Below, piece after piece: positions 53,775 through 64,000 of a stretch of DNA of 64,000 bases; position 1 is the stretch's first letter, and the number at the start of each line of letters is the position of its first letter. The stretch comes from Macrostomum lignano (Eukaryota). The translations under genes were made by a program, and so were the position numbers. The stretch lies in contig NIVC01000446.1 in the NCBI GenBank assembly GCA_002269645.1, positions 186,001 to 250,000 on the forward strand. Reading direction: 5' to 3'. The notes below the pieces were generated by a model, which was given only the letters and a program-made list of their open reading frames with translations, was not told the origin of the DNA and made no database searches.

Positions 53775-54465
53775 GTGGCCATAGACTAATCGGATTCCTA
53801 TATATATACAGAAGCTGGGGTTGTGGTCATAGATTAATCGGATACGTATATACAGCTAGCAGCTAGGGTTGTGGCCATAGACTAATCTGAGTCGTATATA
53901 CAGCTAGCAGCTGGGGTTGTGGCCATAGACTAATCGGATACGTATATAAAGCTAGCAGCTGGGGTTGTGGCCATAGACTAATCTGAGTCGTATATACAGC
54001 TAGCAGCTGGGGTTGTGGCCATAGACTAATCGGATACGTATATAAAGCTAGCAGCTGGGGTTGTGGCCATAGACTCATTGGATACGTATATACAGCTAGC
54101 AGCTGGGGTTGTGGCCATAGACTCATTGGATACGTTTATACAGCTAGCAGCTGGGGTTGTGGCCATAGACTAATCGGATACGTATATAAAGCTAGCAGCT
54201 GGGGTTGTGGCCATAGACTCATTGGATACGTTTATACAGCTAGCAGCTGGGGTTGTGGCCATAGACTAATCGGATACGTATATACAGCTAGCAGCTAGGG
54301 TTGTGGCCATAGACTAATCGGATTCCTATATATATACAGAAGCTGAGGTTGTGGCCATAGACTAATCTGAGTCGTATATACAGCTAGCATCTGGGGTTGT
54401 GGCCATAGACTAATCGGATACGTATATAAAGCTAGCAGCTGGGGTTGTGGCCATAGACTAATTGA
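53775..54465. repeat. 48-bp minisatellite with GGGTTGTGGCCATAGACTAAT core, immediately upstream of KTI12
   Basis: Visible tandem units; core shared with 47360-48122. Confidence 0.95.
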
Positions 54466-55274
54466 ATCGATAATTTACACAAATACATTTAAATACATCC
54501 TTTATAAAAAATAAAACAATTAGGCAGAAAAAATTCCCAGCAACAAAGATAAAGAAGGCTGATATAAACAAGCTCATAGCTTTTTTTGCCAGAAACTTTT
54601 TGTTGTATTTTTGACACTTAATTGAGGAAATATTTTATCAAATCAAACAGAAATGTAAGCACCGGTTGTTAGCAGCATTGAGCTAATAGTTAGGCAATTA
54701 TAAAAATGCAGTATACAAGCTACATGTAATATTTCTTGTTGAATAATTAAGAACACACTAAAATAAATGTACATTTAGAAAGTTTGTAAATACGATGAAT
54801 TAACAGCACCATACTAGCTATATAAAAAATTAATAGCTTAGCTCAACTACATAAAATGCGATACAATATAGACCTGCAGAAAAACTTACAACGGTAAAGT
54901 TGGCATCAATATAAAAATACACTGAATTTGAAATAATGCAAACTAAGCTGTTGTTTTAAAAGTACTTAAAGTGCTTTAAAAACTGGTTATGATTTTATAA
55001 TGAAACTATTTGATTTCGACAATGTGGTGGCTGATATAAACGCTGTCTATACAGGTCCGCTATAACTACCGAAAAGGCAGCGGTGTAAAATGTCTATGGC
55101 CAATCCTGCCAATACGAGTATTGCCGCTATTACTTATACTAAGAGGACAGGAAAGGAGAAGGAATAGAGAGAGAAGATGAAGATGAGGAAATTCTGTTAC
55201 TATGAACACCGTCACAACAACTACATGTTCGAAATCGAATGCTAACATTGTGACGAAAATCATATTTTAGGTGT

Positions 55275-58200
55275 CTAATCTTCAAAGTAGAAACGTGATC
55301 GTTTCCTCGGTGGAGACACGAATTCTGCTTCTTCTAGTGGAGGAGGAGGAGGCGGCGGGGGCGGCGGAGCCACAAAAGCAGCCTCAACAACAGACTTCGA
55401 CTTTCGACCGCGTCTATTCTTTGGCTGATCTGCAACAGCAGCAGAGATCGTGATTGGATCCACATTTTCTACATCTAGCTTCTCGTTGCTAGTTGAATTT
55501 TGGCTTGGCAACGGTTCTGTGGGAACTGCTGCTGCTGCCTTCGATTTGCGACCTCCGCGACGCTTCTTCTCGGCGATGCCATCAGCGGCAGCGGTGGCGG
55601 GCGGCTCGAGATCGTTGTTGGGATCTTGAATTAAATTTTAAAGTTGCTATGCGTGTAAGAACCTGATCAGTATTGCCTGATTGGTATTTCTATGCTGCTG
55701 GGTAACCAGTTGCTATGCAGCTATGCAAACAGTTGCTATGCGGCTTGATAAAACGTTTCTATGCAACTAGGTAACCCGTTGCTATGCAACTAGGAAAGCC
55801 ATTGCTATGCAACTAGGTAAACCGTTGCTATGCAGCTTGGTAACCTGTTGCTATGGCGCTTGGTAACCTGTTGCTATGGCGCTTGGTAACCTGTTGCTAT
55901 GGCACTTGGTAACCTGTTGCTATGGCGCTTGGTAACCTGTTGCTATGGCGCTTGGTAACCTGTTGCTATGGCGCTTGGTAACCTGATTCTAAGCAGTTAT
56001 GTAAACGTTGCTATGCAGCTTGATAACCCGTTGCTATGTAGCTTGGTAACCTGTTGCTATGCCGCTTGGTAACCTGTTGCTATGCAGCTTGGTAACCTGT
56101 TGCTATGCAACTAGGTAACCCGTTGCTATGCAACTAGGAAAGCCATTGCTATGCAGCTAGGTAAACCGTTGCTATGCCGCTTGGTAACCTGTTTCTAAGC
56201 AGTTATGTAAATAGTTGCTATGCAGCTTGATAACCCGTTGCTATGTAGCTTGGTAACCTGTTGCTATGCCGCTTGGTAACCTGCTGCTATGCCGCTTGGT
56301 AACCTGTTGCTATGCAGCTTGGTAACCTGTTGCTATGCAGCTTGGTAACCTGTTGCTATGCAGTTATGTAAACAGTTGCTATGCAACTAGGTAACCCGTT
56401 GCTATGCAGCTAGGTAACCTGTTGCTATGCTGCTAGGTAACCAATTGTTATGCAATTGCAGAACTGCTACTACTATCACTGACCAACTGACGTAATCCTC
56501 ATAATTTTACCATTCTCTCCGGATTTTTTCTTTCCATCAGCCTCGCAGTCGGCAGTCCCGCCGCCAACGTCAATCTGGCCGGACAACACGGCTTCGTAGT
56601 CCAATTCAACTGGAGCACCGCCAGGGACCGCCAATCCGGCGTCATTTGTTTTACCTGTCGATTTCTTTTTACGACCCCGTCGTTTCTCGTCAGTTTTCTT
56701 TGACGATTCCTCTTCGTGGACGCAGCTACTATTAGTAGTAGCATTATTGTCGGTTGGGGGTGCAGCCGTGTTTTCATCGGCATCGGTGGCGACAGCAGCT
56801 GATGGTTCCTCCTCTTCGGGTCGATAGTCTGTCCGGAAGTTGTACACAACCGGTTCGGCGGCAGCTTCTTCCCATGGCGCCGGCGCCTGATCTGGCAGGC
56901 GCTTGAACGCAAACTTGTAGACGCCGAAACCCGCCATGCCGGTGGTGTACCACCATTTCTCTACTCTGTAGAGACCGTCGTATCTGCGATTTGGGATTTA
57001 ATAATGCTCTGCTCATTCATGAGATACTTTACATGTATTGTTAAGAAAGGGAAACTAATATGATGGGATAATTGGGGAGATACGGGAAGGATAATGTAGT
57101 TGGGATAAATTGGGAATAATGGGAAAAATCATATAGTTGGGATAATTGGGCATAATGGAAAGAACAATGTAGTTGGGATAATTGGCGATAATGGGAAAAA
57201 TCATGTAGCTGGGATAATTGGGGATAATGGGAAAAATCATGTAGCTGGGATAATTGGGGATAATGGGAAAAATCATGTAGCTGGGATAATTGGCGATAAT
57301 GGGAAAAATCATGTAGCTAGGATAATTGGGGATAATGGGAAAAATCATGTAGCTGGGATAATTGGCGATAATGGGAAAAATCATGTAGCTGGGATAATTG
57401 GCGATAATGGGAAGAATCAAGCAGTTAAGATAATTGGGCAATGAGGATTATGGAAAGAATCATCATGTAGCTGGGATAATTGGCGATAATGGGAAGAATC
57501 ATGTAGCTGGGATAATTGGCGATAATGGGAAAAATCATGTAGCTGGGATAATTGGCGATAATGGGAAGAATCATGTAGCTGGGATAATTGGCGATAATGG
57601 GAAGAATCATGTAGCTGGGATAATTGGGGATAATGGGAAAAATCATGTAGCTGGGATAATTGGGGATAATGGGAAAAATCATGTAGCTGGGATAATTGGG
57701 GATAATGGGAAAAATCATGTAGCTGGGATAATTGGCGATAATGGGAAAAATCAAGCAGTTAAGATAATTGGGGAATGAGGATTATGGAAAGAATCATCAT
57801 GTAGCTGGGATAATTGGGCATAATGGGAAGAACCATATAGTTGGGATAATTGGGGATAAAGATAAAATCATGTAGTTGGGAACTGGGAAGAATCAAGCAG
57901 GCGGGATAATTCCTCACCTATAATAGCCTTCAGGCGGGGCAAACTCGCTGCGCAACTTATAACCCCGAATAACTCGGACAGACTGTCCATTCTCGGCCGA
58001 GCGCACCAGGGCGGCATTATTCCTGCTCAAAGCTTGATCCTTAGTCTGCGGCGCTGTGCGCAGATTTTTCGGATTCGATTTGGTGCCTTTCAAATCGCGA
58101 CCGCCCTCGCCAGTGTAGGTGAAATGGCTGCCCAGATCGATGTCGTCCTCGTAGCCACCGGACAGGGCGATCGAGTAGGCCCCGTCCGTGCCGCCGTGGA

Positions 58201-59610
58201 TGCCGGCCACCGTTGGCCGGTGCAGTCCCGCTAGGCAGGCGTCAATTCGAGTCTCGAACAGGGTGCCCACGGCAACGCCGGCTATGGCGCCGTAGATGTT
58301 CGGCCGGTTTTTGGCCACCTTGGGTCGGTCGAATACACTGCTACCGCTGGCAGCGGCTGCTCGGCGGGCTCGGCGACTGCCGCCTGGGGGCCGGAGGGGG
58401 GGGGTTGAGACAGCGGATTAAAGAGACTATTGTACTAGCGAAGGATTCACACCTGTGTAATTTAACGATTCAAAACTGGTCCATACACTGTAGATTCACA
58501 CCTGGTCACACATTTGTGAGATTCACACCTGGTCACACATCTGTGAGATTTACACCTGGTCACACTATAAGATTCACACCTGGTCACACATTTGTGAGAT
58601 TCACACCTGGTCACACTATAAGATTCACACCTGGTCACACATCTATAAGATTCAAACCTGGTCACACTATAAGATTCACACCTGGTCACACATCTATAAG
58701 ATTCAAACCTTGTCACACTATAAGATTCACACCTGGTCACACTAAAAGATTCACACCTGGTCACACATCTATAAGATTCACACCTAATTTCAGTATAAGA
58801 ATCAAACTAAATCATTATATAAGATTTACACTAGGTCACAAATCTAAGATTCACACTAGGTCACAAATCTATAAGATTCACACTAGGTCACAAATCTATA
58901 AGATTCACACTAGGTTACAGATCTATAAGATTCACACTAGGTCACTAAAATATTCACTTTAAGTCACATGTATAAGATTCAGTCCAGTCCACTGCAAGAC
59001 GCACAGCGCCCACCGTAAGATTCACACTAAATACGAGCTAGGCCTAAACTAGCTAAAAATCACACAAATAGATAGCATGTAAGACACCTCAGCAGCCTTC
59101 CATCTACTACTCACCGCCCTCGCCATCGCTGTCCTCATCTTTGCTGTCGTACTCATCATCATCGTCGTCAGAGCCGCGACCGCGCCGACCCGACGACGGC
59201 ACCCAGTTCTCCTCGCCGCTGTCGTCTTTGCCGTAGCCGTCGCACTGGCCAATGTACTGCGGCGCCGGCCGGCCCTCAAGCCTGCGACTCGACCGCCTGG
59301 GCGCTTCGTCGAGTTCAGCCGCCAAACGGCGAGCTAAAACGGCGTCGGAATCGGCGTCCTGGACAGCTTCGGGCTCGCCGGCTGCATCAGATGATCGGCT
59401 GACAGGTTTCGGCTTGTTAGACTGTCGGCGATTCTTATTATTAGAGATCAAAGACTGCCGCTTCTTAGACGCCGCAGCCGTTGGCAGCTTAGAAATCGAA
59501 GGCTTTGTCCATCGTTTCGGTGGCGAATTTAAAGCGCCGAGTTCGCCAAGAATGCGCCGATTTTCGGCGAGATTTTTCAGACGACGCTGTTCGTATTCGC
59601 TTAGAGACAT
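55275..59610 (-). CDS. Stand-alone SRA/YDG-domain protein (UHRF1-type SRA without UBL/TTD/PHD/RING), about 594 aa
   Basis: Exons (minus) 59610-59115, 58383-57918, 56983-56511, 55624-55275; phases 1/2/1 consistent, 1785 nt. SRA motifs HRPTVAGIHG, SIALSGGYEDDIDLG..FTYTGEGGRDL, VRVIRG, RYDGLYRV, FKRLPDQAPAPW. The exon 3 donor (GTAAAA) is the weakest part of the model. Confidence 0.9.
55695..56455. repeat. 23-bp minisatellite (TTGCTATGCAGCTTGGTAACCTG) in SRA intron 3
   Basis: Visible tandem units. Confidence 0.94.
57050..57900. repeat. 36-bp minisatellite (GGAAAAATCATGTAGCTGGGATAATTGGCGATAATG) in SRA intron 2
   Basis: Visible tandem units; 12-aa period in the ORF track. Confidence 0.95.
58490..58990. 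repeat. 24-27-bp minisatellite (AGATTCACACCTGGTCACACTATA) in SRA intron 1
   Basis: Visible tandem units. Confidence 0.92.
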
Positions 59611-59724
59611 GGCTTATTAGCATGCAATGATGGATGAATGTGCGATTGTAGCTAAGGTTGGTGTAACAACAAGTACTGAATGAATTTAAATTGAACCATT
59701 TATTCTGAAGCCTAAATCAAATCT

Positions 59725-60575
59725 TTCCTGAAGTAGACCCTGAATCTATTCTGAAGTATTACCTGAATCTAGCCTGAAGTAGACCCTGAATCTAGCCTAA
59801 AGTAGACCCTGAATCTAGCCTGAACTAGACCCTGAATCTAGCCTGAAGTAGACCCTGAATCTAGCCTGAACTAGACCCTGAATCTAGCCTGAAGTAGACC
59901 CTGAATCTAGCCTGAAGTAGACCCTGAATCTAGCCTGAAGTAGACCCTGAATCTAGCCTGAAGTAGACCCTGAATCTAGCCTGAAGTAGACCCTGAATCT
60001 AGCCTGAAGTAGACCCTGAATATAGCCTGAAGTAGACCCTGAATCTAGCCTGAAGTAGACCTGAATCTAGCCTGAAGTAGACCCTGAATCTAGCCTAAAC
60101 TAGACCCTGAAACTAGCCTGAACTAGACCCTGAATCTAGCCTGAAGTAGACCCTGAATCTAGCCTGAAGTAGACCCTGAATCTAGCCTGAAGTAGACCCT
60201 GAATCTAGCCTGAACTAGACCCTGAATCTAGCCTGAACTAGACCCTGAATCTAGCCTGAAGTAGACCCTGAATCTAGCCTGAAGTAGACCCTGAATCTAG
60301 CCTGAAGTAGACCCTGAATCTAGCCTGAACTAGACCCTGAATCTAGCCTGAAGTAGACCCTGAATCTAGCCTGAAGTAGACCCTGAATCTAGCCTGAAGT
60401 AGACCCTGAATCTAGCCTGAAGTAGACCCTGAATCTAGCCTGAAGTATTACCTGAATCTAGCCTGAAGTAGACCCTGAATCTAGCCTGAACTAGACCCTG
60501 AATCTAGCCTGAAGTAGACCCTGAATCTAGCCTGAACTAGACCCTGAATCTAGCCTGAAGTAGAGGCTGAAACTA
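59725..60575. repeat. 23-bp minisatellite (AGTAGACCCTGAATCTAGCCTGA) between ALG13 and the SRA gene
   Basis: Visible tandem units. Confidence 0.96.
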
Positions 60576-60966
60576 GACTTGAGAACTAAATCAAACCCGA
60601 TTTAGTCATACAGAAATCTATTTAATAATTCAGGCTAACAATTTGAGTTTTTTAAACTAGAAAAAGAAATTTTTAAGCTGCAAAATCCTGCATCTTTTAG
60701 AAGACAACAATGCCGCAAGCAGAAAAACTCAGCACTTGTATTTATTGAAACTTATTAACTTAAGAGAGCTAACTTCCATATACTAAAAATGGTTTGTAAT
60801 TGTAATACACTAAATTGCTATAACACACGTACAATATTGGTCTGTAAATTATATCAACGCGATCGAAGATCTTTTACAATTCGACTGTTTATTGATTAAA
60901 AGTACATATATTGTACTTTTGCAAAAAATGATGCAAAGAATTATCAATGAAAATAACTGACGCTGT

Positions 60967-63104
60967 CTAATCCCCATCGCCGAATCCCATAACGCTGTCA
61001 AGGAATTTGGCGAATTTCTCCGGTTCGCCTCGAGGAAACGGTTTCAACTGGCTTACGGGGGTCAGGCGTTTAAGGGCGTCTTCAAGGTCGACGCATACCG
61101 TTGTGTCCAGGTGTCCGTCTCTGGAACAGGGGACACATTAATTACTTATTAGTTTTATATTATATTTGTTGGCGTGGCTGTTAGGGGTCATAGTCTATGA
61201 CTGTTAGGGTTAATTGTCTATGGCTGTTAGGGTTAATTGTCTATGGCTGTTAGGGGTAATTGTCTATGGCTGTTAGGGGTATTTGTATATGGCTGTTGGG
61301 GTCATAGTCTGGCTGTTGAGGCCATAACCTATGGCTGTTTGGGTCATGATTTATGGCTTTTAGGGGTCATAGTCTATAGCTGTTAGGGGTCATAGTCTAT
61401 GGCTGTTAGGGGTCATACTCTATGGCTGCTGGGGTAATTGTCTATGGCTGTTGGGGGTCATAGTCTATGACTGTTAGGGGGTCATAGTCTATGGCTGTTG
61501 GGGTAATTGTCTATGACTGTTAGGGGGGTCATAGTCTATGGCTGTTAGGGGTAATTGTTTATGGCTGTTAGGAGTAATTATCTATGGCTGTTGGGGGTAT
61601 TTGTCTATGGCTGTTGTGGTCATAGTCTGGCTGTTGATAACCTATGGCTGTTTGGGTCATGATTTATGGCTTTTAGGGGTCATAGTCTATAGCTGTTAGG
61701 GGTCATAGTCTATGGCTGTTGGGGTAATTGTCTATGACTGTTAGGGGGGTCATAGTCTATGGCTGTTAGGGGTAATTGTCTATGGCTGTTAGGAGTAATT
61801 ATCTATGGCTGTTGGGGGTATTTGTCTATGGCTGTTGGGGTCATAGTATTTGTCTATGGCTGTTGTGGTCATAGTCTGGCTGTTGAGGCCATAACCTATG
61901 GCTATGGCTGTTTGGGTCATGATTTATGGCTTTTAAGGGTCATAGTCTATAGCTGTTAGGGGTCATAGTCTATGGCTGCTGGGGTAATTGTCTATGACTG
62001 TTAGGGGGGTCATAGTCTATGGCTGTTGGGGGTCATTGTCTATGACTGTTAGGAGTAATTGTCTATGGCTGTTAGGAGTAATTGTCTATGGCTGTTAGGG
62101 GTCATAGTCTATGGCTGTTGGGGGTCATAGTCTATGGCTGTTTGGGTCATGATTTATGGCTTTTTGGGGTCATAGTCTATGGCTGCTGGAGTAATTGTCT
62201 ATGGCTTTTAGGGGTCATAGTCTATGGCTGTTGGGGGTCATAGTCTATGGCTATTGAGGTAATTGTCTATGGCTGTTGGGGGGTCATAGTCTATGGCTGT
62301 TGGGGGTCATAGTCTATGGCTGTTAGGGGGTCATAGTCTATGGCTGTTGGTGGGTCATAGTCTATGCTAATTTGGGTCAGAGTGGAGTCTATGGCTGTTG
62401 GGGGTCATAGTCTATGGCTATTGAGGTAATTGTCTATGGCTGTTGGGGGGTCATAGTCTATGGCTGTTTGGGGTCATAGTCTATGGCTGTTAGGGGGTCA
62501 TAGTCTATGGCTGTTGGTGGGTCATAGTCTATGCTAATTTGGGTCAGAGTGGAGTCTATGGCTGTTGGGGGTAATTGTCTATGGCTGTTGGGAGTCATTG
62601 TCTATGGCTGCTAGGGGTCATAGTCTATGATTGTTGGGGTCATATATTATGGCGGTTGGGGGTCTTCGAAGGGGTCATAATCCACTGCAATTCAAAGCTA
62701 CAAAACATGGAAATTGAATTTATTACTTGCCTAGCAACCCGGTGAGCCAGTTCAGTTTGATGATTATGCATCAAATCGTCGTTGACAACAACTAGTAAAC
62801 GTTTTCCGGCATTCAATGACTCCAACACGCTGCCAGCTCCGGCGTGGCTAATCACTAATCCTGCGGCGGCGATATCGGCAGCCAGGGACGGCTTAAATCG
62901 ATAGTAACTAACGGAGAACCGACCCTCTAATGGGTAATCCCGAGCAGTGTGAGCTACAGGTTCGTAATCGCCTCGACCTATTTGCATAACTAAGCCGTGA
63001 TAGCCCAGCTGGTCGCAGAGGATTTTATGCAATTCCGGAGAATCTAATCGGCGGATTAAAGCGTCGAAAGAAGTTGTGCCGACAGTGGCAAATACGTTGG
63101 GCAT
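60967..63104 (-). CDS. ALG13: ALG13 (UDP-GlcNAc transferase catalytic subunit, short form), 175 aa, with a GC-AG intron
   Basis: Exons (minus) 63104-62731 and 61120-60967: MPNVFATVGTTSFDALI...QIGRG...LVISHAGAGSVLESL...LLVVVNDDLMHNHQTELAHRVAR|DGHL...LKPFPRGEPEKFAKFLDSVMG. The frame joins through donor AG|GCAAGT. Confidence 0.93.
61180..62640. repeat. About 22-bp minisatellite (GGGGTCATAGTCTATGGCTGTT) filling the ALG13 intron
   Basis: Visible tandem units. Confidence 0.95.
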
Positions 63105-63244
63105 AGCGACTGGCTCTTTGTTATTGGTCTTTATCTTTGCTGCACTGTCTGAAGTTGTCCTGGTGTCTTGGTCTGGAAAGCGTTGAGTGAAGAATATCAT
63201 TGTATGGAAATCTGGCAGTTACCCTTGTGTCCGCCAATTTCACT

Positions 63245-64000
63245 TTTTCAGCCCCGTGTCTGTCAGTTCCCACTTATGTCAGTCAGTTCCCACTTATGTC
63301 TGTCAGTTCCCACTTATGTCTGTCAGTTCCCACTTGTGTCTGTCAGTTCCCACTTGTGTCTGTCAGTTCCCACTTATGTCTGTCAGTTCCCACTTGTGTC
63401 TGTCAGTTCCCACTTGTGTCTGTTCATACCCACTAATGTCTGTCAGTTCCCACTAATGTCTGTCAGTTCCCACTATGTCTGTTAGTTCCCACTAATGTCT
63501 GCCAGTTCCCACTTGTGTCTGTCAGTTCACACTTGTGTCTGTCAGTTCACACTGTCTGTCAACACCCCCTCTCGTTGGGTCTATCAATTTCACCCGTGTC
63601 TTTCAGTTCTCTACTGTGTTTACCAGCTCTTCCTTGTCTGTACAGTTCCTTGTGTCAGTAGTCCCTCTGGGTGCCAGTTCCCCTGTGTCAGTCCCCTGTG
63701 TCGTGTGTCAGTTGCACCTGTGTCAGTTCCTCTGGGTGTCAGTCCACCTGTGGGCCAGTTTCCCTGTGTGTCAGTTCCCCCGTTTGTCAGTTGCACCTGT
63801 GTGTCAGTTCCTCTGGATGTCAGTCCACCTGTGTGTCAGTTCCTCTGGGTGTCAGTTGCACATGTGTGTCAGTTCCTCTGGATGTCAGTTGCACATGTGT
63901 GTCAGTTCCTCTGGATGTCAGTCCACCTGTGTGTCAGTTCCTCTGGATGTCAGTCCACCTGTGTGTCAGTTCTCTGTCTGTCAAACTCCCATTGTGTCTG
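63245..64000. repeat. 20-bp minisatellite (TGTCTGTCAGTTCCCACTTA) and degenerate derivatives
   Basis: Visible tandem units running to the window end. Confidence 0.92.

Noticed and set aside
59621-59628. ATTGCATG upstream of the SRA gene resembling a flatworm SL 3' end
   Set aside because: Only 8 nt, expected by chance; no downstream donor or Sm site for an SL RNA gene.

Overview
Eukaryotic (animal) genomic DNA with spliceosomal introns, many of them filled by locus-specific mini/microsatellites. The style (GC-rich exons, minisatellite introns, AG acceptors just upstream of start codons, a run of co-oriented housekeeping genes) suggests a Macrostomum-like flatworm with SL trans-splicing; this is inference and was not verified. 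I assembled spliced gene models by hand. Plus strand: 3' end of glutamine synthetase (in-frame TGA), a short orphan coiled-coil ORF, a secreted protein with 6 F-type-lectin domains plus a kringle, and two tandem WSC+PAN genes. Minus strand: an acetylcholinesterase-like gene and an operon-like run ALG13 > stand-alone SRA protein > KTI12 > ankyrin/SOCS-box > DDX23 > orphan beta-propeller-like gene. Mobile DNA: a Tc1/IS630 relic, a hAT-type MITE, a Harbinger-type non-autonomous element and two tRNA-derived SINE families. Main leads: (1) an SRA-only protein carrying a CDCA7-like N-terminal helix; (2) minisatellites whose unit is a copy of the real exon/intron junction; (3) KTI12 lacking its own AUG exactly where a flatworm spliced leader could supply it; (4) an (AB)3 F-lectin/kringle protein with a rewired sugar-binding motif. 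Most long ORFs in the supplied track are translations of tandem repeats or antisense shadows. Repeat boundaries are approximate.
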